From the NCBI GenBank assembly GCA_042852035.1, contig BAAFHK010000001.1, positions 240,001 to 272,000 of the forward strand: DNA of 32,000 bases. The letters run 5' to 3'. Below, piece by piece: positions 8,990 to 19,015 of the stretch. The notes under the pieces are model-generated. The model searched no databases. It saw only the letters and a list, made by a program, of their open reading frames with translations, and was not told the DNA's origin. The position numbers and the translations under genes were made by a program. Source of the stretch: Candidatus Saccharimonadota bacterium (GTDB lineage: Bacteria; Patescibacteriota; Gracilibacteria; BD1-5; UBA2023). Within the stretch, counting starts at the first letter, position 1. Each line of letters begins with the position of its first letter.

Positions 8990-10781
8990 CAGGAGGATTA
9001 CATATGAGTTTTATTTTGTCGAAAAGAGGACTAAAGTTTTTAAAGTATTCTATACCAAGAGTATCAATAATGATTCTACTAAAATGAGTTTTATCTCATT
9101 TAAATGTAATGATTTCTCATCATGGTGAGCATACTTTATTGTAGTGCAAATTATCAAAATCATCATTAATTCAATAAAACATCAGTTCAATAGGGAATAT
9201 TGTTTTGGATCAGAAATGTTGTCCAGAAGTCATATCAAAAAGTTGTCTGTTGATTTTTTGGGACTTATTTATTGGTAATAATAGAGCATAAAATCATGCA
9301 TCCTTTGCTTTATTTGATAAGCAAGTTTCAGGATTGGTATCGTGAGTTATGAAGTCAAGTCAGTTCCACTGATTATATCACTCTTCATCAAAATCAAATA
9401 AACCAATGACACAACTATTTTGAAAACAATTTGCTTTTTCGAGTGAGTATTTAACATCTTTTGCATTCTGTCATTTTGTTGGTTTTGGAATATAAAACGG
9501 CATCTTGACTCAAGGGTAAAGTTTACTCCAAGATTTTTCAAGTATTTCTTTATCAGTAAATCATTCAACAAATAATAATGGTTTTTCTTTATTGCTTAGT
9601 ATTTCCAATGTTTTATTATTCTCTTGTGTTAGTTCTCGTATTCTAATTTCCTGATTTCAAATTTTATCAAAAAATTCCTTATTGGCTATTCACAGTTCTT
9701 TATATTGTGTCTTTTGTACAGGAAGTATTCTTGGTTCATATCACTTTCGAAATACTTCATAGTAATTTGTTCATTCAGGGGCTAATGATATTGTAGTTGG
9801 TGAGTGAGTTACAACTATTACCATAATTCAATTATCTACAAAATATTGATTCAATACCTTGTAAAACATTTCAGTCAAAGATGGATTAAATGTCGCATCA
9901 AATTCATCTAGTAATAACAGCTTTATGTTATTTTTATCACGAGAATTGAGTGTTGAAAATATTAATGAAGTAATGACCTTTTCTCAATCAGATAAATCTG
10001 TTACTTCCATTCATTTTTTTTCATCAATAGTCCCATTGATAATTGGGTATATCCTTGGTTGTTCGATAATTCATGTAATTGATGTGTAGTTATCTTTAAA
10101 TCTATAGTCTATTTTAAGAAGTTTAAATAATTCATTAAGTTTCTTCCACGGGGGGAATCATAATTCATTTTGCAAGTCTGAGTCGCTTATAAGGACTCCT
10201 TGATCATATTTTTCCAATTTTAATTTAGTAAATTTATTTGCATATATAAGAAATGAATCTGCTACTATATTTGAAAAAATATCATCAGATTCCCAGATAA
10301 ACTCATCATCAATAGCTCATATTATCTCTTCTCTTTGGAGCAATCCTCCCATAAATCTACTCTCTCAAAATTTTTGAGTGAGTATCTCCTTTGCTTTTTT
10401 TGAAGATTTTTGGAAACTTTTTAATATCTGATGATTTTCATTAAGAAGGACTCAGTTTGTGTAGTGGCTCCAAACACTATTTTTATGATTTATGAAATTT
10501 TGTGGTTCCGCATTTCAGATATTGTTTATTTGCTGTATATTACTTTGAAGTGTTCGAAATTGTATATTTTTATAATTTATCGGTATGCCATCAATGTCTA
10601 TGCTTGTGGCAATATTTTTATTTGGGTCTTCGGGATATTGTCACTTAATTATTTGCATTAATTGTGATTTTCCACTTCCATTTACTCAAGAAATAATTAT
10701 TAAATTTCACTCTAAGCTTATCTCAAATCAACTTGGAAAGGATTTGTATTCTTCAAATAGTCTAATATTTAAAACTCCCAT
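8973..10781 (-). CDS. Fused ABC-type (AAA15/21-like) ATPase + Toprim/DUF4435-like nuclease; OLD-family or fused PARIS (AriA-AriB)-like defence candidate
   Basis: A 602-aa single frame of 1809 nt with many TGA=Gly. Motifs: Walker A IISGVNGSGKSQL, ABC signature-like LSDGEK, Walker B KLLLLDEFDATFNP, and H-loop VVTHSP. The C-terminal Toprim motifs are PLLFVEGFTDKEIL and GLFDFDEEG. It is the most AT-rich coding stretch in the window. Confidence 0.8.
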
Positions 10782-10852
10782 ATAAATCTTAATTAATATT
10801 TATACAAATTATATTTAAAGAGACTTCTCTTTCCAGCTTTTCCGATTTTAAA

Positions 10853-11479
10853 TTATTCTTTTACCTCACACACCCCACCCACACAATTCTGATTCTTGTG
10901 TTCTTTCATCCACTTCCGACGCACGAGCCAGCCATAGATCCGACAGCCGACACAGTATCAGGCGACAGATTCGAGCCACATAAAGGTGATACAGAGGATG
11001 CATGCAAAAAGGGTAGGATTCAGTGGTGTGACGATGAGTTCATGATTTCGGAGATTTTCAGCAGTTGTCATCCAGATTTTTCCAACGGTCTCGGCCTGTG
11101 GTCCAGCAGTAGGGGCCACATAGCCTCCGAGGATGAGTATGCAGTAGAGAGCAAATACTGAGAGGAAGAGTCCGATGCTCCATGCAAATCGTTTTTGTAC
11201 CGCACCAACCCAGATTTCTTTGCTCTTTTCGAGATTCATACGTACAAGAGATCCGAAGATGCTCCACTTTGGTCCGATGAATATCTTCATGATGAACTCG
11301 AGTATGACGATGCTCACGAGGACGAGGGGGATAGAGTATTCAGCCTTGAAGAGGACGAGGAAAAATGATGTCATCGTGAAGAGGAGCATGATGCCTGTTG
11401 AGATGCGGATTTCTCGTTCATCGACGAAACCATATTTATCGTGTTTTTCAGAGATGCCGTGAATGAAGTGTCAGTACAT
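10853..11479 (-). CDS. DUF4395 family membrane protein
   Basis: 208 aa: MYGHFIHGISEKHDKYGFVDEREIRISTGIMLLF..., with several TM segments. The C-terminal GYCVGCRIYGWL motif is reached only by reading TGA 10958-10960 as Gly. The stop is TAA 10853-10855. Confidence 0.8.
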
Positions 11480-11537
11480 AGAAGAAAATTAAAACACCTA
11501 TAAGTGTAGGTGTTTTTTACGCAGATTCAAGAAAGAA

Positions 11538-11921
11538 TTACTGAACTATCTTTACATTTTGTATACTATCCATACCGCCAACATCCCTTATATTCGTATA
11601 TCATGCATTTTTGAGAATGTTGTATGCAATAGCAGATCGTCGTCCACTACGACAATAGAGGTTCACAGGAGTGTTTTTCGGAATAATAGAAAAATTTCCT
11701 GCTTCAATATCTCCGAGTTTTACGTGCATGGCTCACTCGATGTGGCCAGCTGTCCATTCGCTATCTTCGCGGACATCGACATAGAGTACTGATTCCTTTC
11801 ACTGAGTCTCCGAAGAGACGGAAGCACTTGGGAGAGAGCTACTCGATCAAGCTGGGGGAGGGGAGTTGGTACAACTTGCGAGAGAAAGAAGGGCACCAAA
11901 GAGAAGAATATATTTGAGCAT
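11538..11921 (-). CDS. Rhodanese-domain lipoprotein (sulfurtransferase)
   Basis: 127 aa. The signal peptide has a lipobox (MLKYILLFGALLSLAS-C). Rhodanese motifs are VLYVDVREDSEWTAGHIEGA and the active-site loop YCRSGRRS. Confidence 0.85.
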
Positions 11922-11982
11922 AAAAAGAAATTATGGAGAGAACGGATGTTCCCGAAAACCCACCCAATTAGGGTTGGAAATA

Positions 11983-12768
11983 TTAGTGATTCATTTGTCC
12001 CATGCCATTTCCTTGTCCACCACCACGACGATTTCCTGATCCTGTAGGTCCACGACCATCACCATTTCCTCAGCCTTGGGCTCCAAAGGTTTGGAGATTA
12101 TTGGACTTGAGGAGATCAGTCATTTTGTATTTGAGGGGGCCAGTGCTGTTTAGTTCGCTGGCCGTCATATAGCGAGCATAGTCGGTCGTGACAATATAAT
12201 TATTTTCTACCGCGAGACGAAGAAATGCTCGAAGGTGATTGAAACTGCCACCACCGATATTTTCGAACACTCGGCGGACATCCGTATCTTCGACGGTTTT
12301 ATATTCAGAGAGGAGATGATCTATGTCTCCAACTTCTACCATAACTCAAGCTTCGATAGCTTCTGTGAGGCTTGTATCAATCATCTTTTTCAGGGTTTCA
12401 TAGGTACCAGAGTAGCTGCCATAGTCAGTCGGACGATCGATACTACGAGCATCGAGGAGGCGTCCAACCTGTTCTGAATGTTTTTCTTCCGAACTCACGA
12501 TATTCATCACTTCGGTGAACTCGGGATATTTTGCCACCATGAGGGTGTAGATGTCTTCTGCGAGACGTTCTTCGGAATAGGCATCCTTGAGAATGTTTTC
12601 GACTATTTTTGGATCAGTAGTTTGAGGGTCGGGGGCTTGTTTTTGATTGTTTGAAGCCACTGTTTGTGTTGGAGTTTGAGTCGAACTTGGTACTTTATTT
12701 TCTATACTAGAAAGAGTACAAGAGCTCAGAATGCAAGCAGAGAGTGGGAGAATTAAGAGGGCATTCAT
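11983..12768 (-). CDS. DUF2202 (ferritin-like) lipoprotein with a Gly-rich C-terminal tail
   Basis: 261 aa. The lipobox is LPLSA-C. Motifs are EERLAEDIYTLMVAKY, SSEEKHSEQV and the diagnostic GGGSFNHLRAFLR. Two TGA=Gly join ORFs 12346-12768 and 12070-12342 and add the tail GGNGDGRGPTGSGNRRGGGQGNGMGQMNH. Confidence 0.85.
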
Positions 12769-12786
12769 ATGAAAAATGGTTAATGT

Positions 12787-12806
12787 ATATTACAAAATTG
12801 TAATAT
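12787..12806 (-). promoter_or_regulatory. Third copy of the operator (perfect 9-2-9 palindrome)
   Basis: ATATTACAA-AA-TTGTAATAT, located 19 nt upstream of the DUF2202 ATG. It has the same ATATTA...TAATAT arms as the trx and arsR sites. Confidence 0.55.
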
Positions 12807-12847
12807 AATAACGAGTATAACATCTCAAAGTAAGAATTCGGAAAGAA

Positions 12848-13099
12848 TTATGCAATCCCCAGCTTTCCTACAAGTTCACCCTTTTCGTGCAGAGCATTGA
12901 TGCTATCGAATCCTCCGAGACACTCATCAGAGACAAATATCTGAGGAACGGTTCTCATGCCAGATTTTTTTGCTATAGCAATCATGGTATCCATGTCATG
13001 TGTGACATCTATTTCGTCATAGGTTGCACCAAGGGAGGAGAGGAGATTTTTTGCTTTGACACAATAGGGGCAATAATCTTTAGTATAGATGGTAATCAT
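12848..13099 (-). CDS. grxC: Glutaredoxin
   Basis: 83 aa, intact in the ORF track: MITIYTKDYCPYCVKAK ... TVPQIFV ... GGFD. It has the CPYC active site. Confidence 0.9.
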   Translation of the reverse strand: MITIYTKDYCPYCVKAKNLLSSLGATYDEIDVTHDMDTMIAIAKKSGMRTVPQIFVSDECLGGFDSINALHEKGELVGKLGIA

Positions 13100-13117
13100 A
13101 TCAGAGAGGTAAGAATA

Positions 13118-13462
13118 TTAAAAGAGACCAAAAAATCATTTTTTCTCACTTCGCACAACCTTATCTGCGAAATCATTTTCTATGGCATTCATGCCACCAG
13201 AAAGGTTGTATCCCTTGATGCCTTCACCTTCTGCAAACATTGTTGCTTGAGCAGATCTTCCGCCACTTCGGCAAATAAATACAACCTTTTTTGACTTATC
13301 GATTTCACTCATGCGAACGGGAAGGATGTGAAGGGGGATATTTTTTGCTTCTTTGAGGCGAGCTTCATCATATTCACCGGTTCCACGTACATCAATGAGT
13401 TCGATGGTCTCTGGTGCGGTTGTGAGTGATTCCATGAGTTCCTTGGCAGAGAGAGTATTCAT
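13118..13462 (-). CDS. Single-domain rhodanese (sulfurtransferase)
   Basis: 114 aa with the active-site loop FICRSGGRS. TGA 13136-13138 is read through for 5 codons (GFFGLF) to TAA 13118-13120. Confidence 0.9.
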
Positions 13463-13476
13463 AAATAGAGAGTATA

Positions 13477-13767
13477 TTAAAGGCTACAAAAGTTTTTTTC
13501 GAGGTCGTGGATGAGGTTTCGTACTCGTATATCTTTAAGTGAATAGAAGACGAACTGTCATTTTTTCTCACTTATGAGGAGTCATTCTTTCTCAAGTTTC
13601 CCGAGAAATTGTGAGAGTTGAGACTGAGAAATAGTACAATCTTTCTCTAGTTCCCCAACAGATTTTGGTCCACTTAGAAGACGACAACAGAGGAGGAGTC
13701 GTTTTGGGTGGGCAATAAGCTTCAAGATATGAGCAACTTCATCTGCTCGTTCCGAGAGATTTTTCAT
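13477..13767 (-). CDS. ArsR/SmtB-family repressor, SqrR/BigR-like (candidate persulfide sensor)
   Basis: 96 aa with a winged HTH (HPKRLLLCCRLLSGPKSVGELEKDCTISQSQLSQFLGKLEKEGLL). The Cys in helix 2 (C27/C28) and the Cys near the C-terminus (C94) are 66 residues apart (C28 to C94). Two TGA=Gly. The stop is TAA 13477-13479. Confidence 0.8.
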
Positions 13768-13793
13768 ATTCGAAAAAAGTAATATGTGTATTT

Positions 13794-13821
13794 ATATTAT
13801 AAAAATGTAATATAATGTCAA
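13794..13821 (-). promoter_or_regulatory. arsR promoter with embedded operator (fourth copy)
   Basis: The 20-mer ATATTATAAAAATGTAATAT is at 13794-13813. On the minus strand it reads TTGACA (13821-13816), a 16-nt spacer, then TAATAT (13799-13794), 27 nt upstream of the arsR ATG. That offset equals the one at trx. The 32-nt block differs from the trx proximal block at 2 positions by my alignment. Confidence 0.6.
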
Positions 13822-13826
13822 AAGAT

Positions 13827-14687
13827 TTATATGTATTTTTCCTGAAAGAGTGAATAGAGCTCGTGGAGATGATTTTTATCTGATGTACCAAAGATGATAC
13901 TTGATACGTGGGGTTCATGCATAAGAAATTCAAGTGCAAGTTCTTTTAGTGTTTTATTTTTTCTCTCAGCAATTATTTCATAGAGTTTACGATCTCGTAA
14001 AAACTGCTTGAGTCCCTGATTTCGAAAGAGCATATTCAGTGCATTTTCGTCTCGTTTTAATATTTCTGCCATACTTCTTTGTGTGAGTCACCCACGATAG
14101 AGCGGAGAATATGCCATAAATTCAATTGATTCATCGATATATGGGAAAATAGATTTTTCTACCCCTCGGTCGATAAGATTATAAAAATCTTGAATGACGG
14201 TAATGTTTTGTTCTTTGATTGAGAGAAATTGCTTGAGGAGATCTCATGAACAATTCGAGAGTCCATATTGGCGTATGAGTCATCTTTTGGTGAGCTCATT
14301 GAGGGTGTTGATAATTTGGTTGGGATTCTCAATTCTTTGTGGAATATGCAGGAGATAGGTGTCAATAAAGTCTGTCTTGAGTCGATTGAGGCTTTCGTTA
14401 AGTTGAGATTTTATGCCTTCTGAGCTCACATCATAGACGCTTCTTCCATTCACGATACTGAATCCGAACTTTGAGATGATTCGTATATCTTTGCGGACAG
14501 GGGAGAGGATTTCTCCGATAAAAGATTCACTCTTTCCATTCCCATAGATAGGGGCAGTATCATAGGATCGAATCCCAAGTGTAAAAGCTGTCTCAAGGAG
14601 TTCAGATACTTCCCCTTTGTTCATATCTCGAAAAGAAGGGAGTCCTCCGATTTGCCAACATCCGAGTATGAACTCCTTTTCTTTCAT
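13827..14687 (-). CDS. Aldo/keto reductase family oxidoreductase
   Basis: 286 aa joining ORFs 14280-14687 and 13827-14072 through three TGA=Gly. Sequence: MKEKEFILGCWQIGG ... SYDTAPIYGNGKSESFIGE ... IDTYLLH. Confidence 0.9.
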
Positions 14688-14698
14688 GCTAAGAGTCT

Positions 14699-14734
14699 AA
14701 AAAAATCCTCCCTTTTTACAAGGAGGATATTTTT
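14699..14734. terminator. Intrinsic terminator (bidirectional shape)
   Basis: 7-bp stem atcctcc / ggaggat with a 10-nt loop, flanked by A5 and T5 runs. It lies directly after the stop of the 517-aa gene. Confidence 0.75.
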
Positions 14735-16286
14735 ATTTTGCAGGTGGTTTTGGGATGTTCCCTTCAGGATACTTGTCCCTATAGGCAGCAACAGTTTTTT
14801 CTCAAATAATTCCATCAGCCTTTTGTTCTCATTTTCCGGGTTTTTTCTTGAATCAAAGTTCCTCTTGGAGTCGAATAACGGCATCAACTCATCAAATTTC
14901 ATTTCGAATCGTTCTTCATAGCGCAAGTATTTGATTTTTGTCTGTAAGATCCTTGAATCTTTCAAATTTATCTGCTAAAGGATGTCGTGTTGGTTTCTCT
15001 GGAGTTCTTTCTGCAGGGGCTGGCGGTTGTTGTTGAGGGTTCTGGTCGGTACTCGATTCGAGTTTTGCAAGTATCTTCTTGAGTCATTCTTCATTTAGGA
15101 TTTCAACTGCGGGACTTATTCAGAGTTTCGTACTAAATTCGCTCACGGCCTTTATGAGTTTTTGTGAGTAGGTATATTTACCATCTGGACCCTTATCAGG
15201 AAGTCATTCTCCAAATCATAATTTTCAGATATCTTCGAGAAACTTTTGTCATCCTTCACTGGCATAATTTATTGTTCCAGAGCTCAGATTGTATCGTCAA
15301 TTGGCTGGATTGAGCATATCTTTTAGAAGCGCTATTTTTTCCTTTTTATCGAGAGGTTTTTCCTTTCAGGTTTCGATTTTCTGTCAAAAATCTATTCCAA
15401 GAAGGGCTCAAAATATTTTGAGAATATCTCCAATTCCTTTAAAAATCTTTGAATCTGATTTAAGAAGATTATTTACGAATTCACCAAATTTTGCTCTATC
15501 GAAATTTGGAGGAAGTTGTTTTTTGAGTTGTTCTGCCCCTGCTTTTGGGTCGACGGTGTTAATTTTTGAAATATCAATCCCAGCTGTTGTAAGCTCTCCT
15601 TTTTCATTTGAAAGAGGGAGAATCTTCTCACCCTTGATGATATATTTCTTTCCATCCTTAAATGGATCGTCTCAGGCTCATTTTTTCCAGGCTGCAATAG
15701 CTGTTTTCGTTTTCTCAGATCCATTTTTTTCAAGAAATGCGATATCATCTTGAGTCTCCAGAGAAAAACCATTTTGTAGCATAGTTTCGATAAATGGTGT
15801 CACAACCTGCATGACTGTATTTTTTAAGAGCGAGTTATCGATTTTATCAAGACTTGTAAGAAGTTTTTTCACATCTGCCTTATTGAGCTTTCCGATTTTT
15901 TCACGTATTTGATCAGGGGATAAGTCTTTTATAGCATCGCTATCGAGAGTTCCGTCAGGTTTTATAATTCACTTTAGACTCTCTGATGGTGTATTCGTTG
16001 CTACAAGTGTTTTTTGTATGAGCTCAGCTGAAAATAGACGATTGTAGAGGTCAATTATTTTCTGCTCACGGGGAGTGAGTGGGCCTTTTTTTTGCGAGAG
16101 AGTTTCCCATGCCTTTCTTAAAGCCTCTTTTGTGGCATCACGTATTTCTTTAATTTTGTCAGGACTAGAAAGTTCCGTTGATATTTGATCGATATCTTCG
16201 GGCTTAATATCTGACTTACTGATCGCATCGAGAATTCTTTGGTTCTGCTGTTCGAGTCGAGATTGATCTATTCCTTCTGCTGCCAT
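14733..16286 (-). CDS. Hypothetical 517-aa protein with a C-terminal peptidoglycan-binding-like (PG_binding_1-type) motif
   Basis: I walked the frame codon by codon from 16286 to TAA 14733-14735. It carries more than 20 TGA=Gly and joins ORFs 15969-16286 and 15678-15872. The body is K/E/D-rich with a PQQQPPAPAERTPEKP linker. It ends VIRLQEELGFKKKPGKGEQKADGIIGEKTVAAYRDKY. No signal peptide is evident. Confidence 0.75.
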
Positions 16287-16300
16287 ACTAAGAAATTTAA

Positions 16301-16615
16301 TTATATAAAATTTTTGAGTACCATTTCTTCTGCCTGATTTCTCTCCTGGTTCATCTCCATGAGTTCACTCTGTCGTAATTCATGAATCTTATTTGCTCAT
16401 TCTGTGAGCTTCTTCTGTAAGCGCATGTCACCTGCAGATTTAATAGATTCTCGTAAGAGATTTTCGACTCCATCAATGGCTTCAAGTGTAACAAATTCAC
16501 TTCCTATAAGTGCTATTAGTCCATCGGCTAAATCCCAAGAACCTGAAAGACTTTCCAGAACTTCAAGCACCCCATTCCTCCGACGTAAATATGATTTTTT
16601 TTCTTCCTCAGTCAT
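16301..16615 (-). CDS. Hypothetical 104-aa protein
   Basis: MTEEEKKSYLRRRNGVLEVLESLSG..., continued through TGA 16397-16399 to TAA 16301-16303. It lies 15 nt upstream of the 517-aa gene and is probably co-transcribed with it. Confidence 0.6.
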
Positions 16616-16648
16616 GAAGTTATCCTATCATATGTTCTTTTTTGTGTC

Positions 16649-16677
16649 AAAAAACCTCCCTTTTTGAGAGGTTTTTT
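16649..16677. terminator. Intrinsic terminator
   Basis: 6-bp stem aacctc / gaggtt with a 9-nt loop, flanked by A and T runs. Confidence 0.6.
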
Positions 16678-16688
16678 GGACGGACGAA

Positions 16689-17207
16689 CTATTTCTCTGA
16701 AATCGTATCGTGTACGATAGACCGTATTCACCAAATGAATGCAAGTATCATGAGAATTATCCCAGTCCAGTGTACAATAAGAGCTAAAGAGTGATCATAT
16801 TCAAGTATATCAAGCATTGTGAGAAGATTTCCCCAGTCATGAGCATCTTCATTCATTCCACCGATGAGGGGAAGTGAGCGCGCACTTGCATCAGAGATAT
16901 AGAGTGCTACATCGGTCATATTTTGCCCCGTCCACCAGAGAGCAAATTGTGCACCGATGATGCTTCTTTCATCTTGGAAGAGAAAAACAAATACGAGTAT
17001 AGCTGGAAGAAGACACTGAAATAAGCTCCCACCGAGTATTGTCATAAATTCTCAAAATGGCATGAAAATCACGTGGCCAGCTTCATGAAAGATAAGATTT
17101 GCTCCATGAATAAATGCATTCATAACAGATTGATTTATCCCGAAGGTAAAAAACTGTATTGAATATAGCAGAAGAAGTCCGAGAAAGATGATTCTTGCGA
17201 AAATCAT
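16689..17207 (-). CDS. Membrane protein with an HExxH zinc-protease motif (M50/site-2-protease-like, tentative)
   Basis: 172 aa: MIFARIIFLGLLLLYSIQFF ... IFHEAGHVIFMPFGEFMTILGGSLFQ ..., with 4-5 TM segments. Two TGA=Gly. The stop is TAG 16689-16691. Confidence 0.7.
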
Positions 17208-17246
17208 ACGTTAATTTTGGGAAGATTTCATAAAAAGAATATTTTC

Positions 17247-18590
17247 TAGAGAGAATTTCTTTCCAGATATCCAAACATTGGGTGATTTTATGTCTTCCTC
17301 TCCCTCGAAAAAGCCAGTAACAGCTCCATTTTCGAGATCATTCACGAGCATCTTTTTTATTTTTTTGATTATTCCCATCTTTTCCATCACATCGTAGACA
17401 CGATTTACTCCATCGATATATCACATATTTGTCATTCGAACAATCTCTTCGATACGGTCACCGTGAACCTCAAAGTTATTATCATCGATACGAGTAAGGG
17501 TATAACGTTTTGCATCCCGTGAATCATCTCTGAGATCAAAAAAGCGCACACTTCTTTGATTATTTAATGATGATTCTCATTCAGATTCATTTCGTATTGT
17601 TTCTGGAATTGTTTGAAGGAGAAGATCTTTTAGCTCATCAACACGGATATAGGCTCAGGCAGAGATAGTCAGTGCTACTGTTTTTCCGGTTTTCTTTTCG
17701 AAATATTTTACGATCTCATTGAGATGATCAGGATCGACAAGTTCAGATTTAGAAAAGATTATAAGTTCCTGCTTTTTACTCATTTCTTCATTCCATTTTT
17801 CAAGCTCAGTTCGTATAATCTTATAATTTTCTATCATTTCATCCTCTCAGACAGTAGCGTCAATGAGATGAATAATAATTCGACATCGTTCAATGTGCTT
17901 GAGAAATTGAAATCCAAGCCCCTTTCCTTCGCTCGCTCCTTCTATAAGCCCTGGAACATCTTCTATAACGAGTGATCGTCATTTCCATTCCATAACCCCA
18001 AGGTTTGGTATGAGGGTTGTGAAAGCGTAATTTGCAATTTTTGGTTTTACATTGGTGATTGATTGGATAACTGTTGATTTTCCAGCATTTGGAAGTCCAA
18101 CGAGTCCAACATCAGCCACAAGCTTAAGTTCAAGCTTTACTTCACGCTCTTCTCAAGTATCGCCAAGTTCTGCAAAGTTGGGAGCCTGTCTTGTCGAGGA
18201 AGGGAAGTGGGCATTTCCGAACCCTCCTCTTCATCCCTGACAAAGTAAAAATTCTTGCCCCGGATGGGTAAGGTCAACAATTATTTCTCCATCTTCCATA
18301 TCAGTTATAACTGTTCCAACGGGAACTTCGAGTATGGTGTCTTCTGCGGTCTTTCCGTGCATTTCTTGAGTGGCTCATCGTTCACCTTCAGCGGCTTTTA
18401 TGATTTTTGCATGACGATATCTAATAAGGGTCGTTTCATGGGTAGTAGCTCTGAGGATGATGTTTCCTCCATTTCCCCCATCTCACCCATATGGACCTCC
18501 GTTTGGAATATATTTTTCCCTTCTCCAAGAGACAGATCCGTCTCCTCATTTTCCAGCTCGACAGGTCAGGAGCACTTCATCGATAAACAT
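17247..18590 (-). CDS. obg: GTPase Obg/CgtA with a C-terminal OCT-like domain
   Basis: 447 aa: [42 protein letters not shown]..., with the G1 motif GLPNAGKST and [12 protein letters not shown] falls on conserved Gly in GK-G-GDG, YG-G-DGG, ER-G- and QG-G-RGG. I walked every codon to TAG 17247-17249. Confidence 0.95.
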
Positions 18591-18739
18591 ACTTCAATTC
18601 TTAAAAAGTAGAACATTTTCGCTGAATATACCAAAAAAATCAAGAAAAGCAAAACTGAAACTTGCAAAATAAAAAAATTCTATATGATACGTGCATTCCT
18701 CAATTTTTGAGTAAACCATCATTATATAATATCTCTATT

Positions 18740-18910
18740 ATGGCAAAAGGTAAACGAACATATCAAGCAGGTCGCTCTGAGAGCGGTCTCCAACACTATG
18801 TATATGCTGTTCAAAAGAAGAATCTTCCCGCTTGAGAGAAGCTCACTCTTATGAAGTATGATAAAAAGCTTAGAAAACACGTTCTACATACATTTAAAGA
18901 TGTAAAGTAG
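18740..18910 (+). CDS. rpmG: 50S ribosomal protein L33
   Basis: 56 aa: MAKGKRTYQAGRSESGLQHYVYAVQKKNLPAGEKLTLMKYDKKLRKHVLHTFKDVK. There is one TGA=Gly. The stop is TAG. Confidence 0.9.
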
Positions 18911-18985
18911 TCCTTCCCCTCTCTTTATGGGAGAGAAATTAAGGCTATGTTTCTCTAAAACTCTAATATCTTAGGAACGAAAATA

Positions 18986-19011
18986 AAATCTCCAGTTTAA
19001 TTTGGAGATTT
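18986..19011. terminator. Bidirectional intrinsic terminator
   Basis: 9-bp stem aaatctcca / tggagattt with an 8-nt loop. It lies between convergent rpmG and the 19016-19300 gene. Confidence 0.7.
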
Positions 19012-19015
19012 ATTT

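Noticed and set aside
14684-14965. Standard-code ORF 14684-14965 (93 aa) and the plus-strand ORFs 14652-14921 and 15289-15753
   Set aside because: They are in different frames or strands from the continuous 517-aa code-25 frame. The 14684 ORF would read through its TGA deep into the AKR gene.
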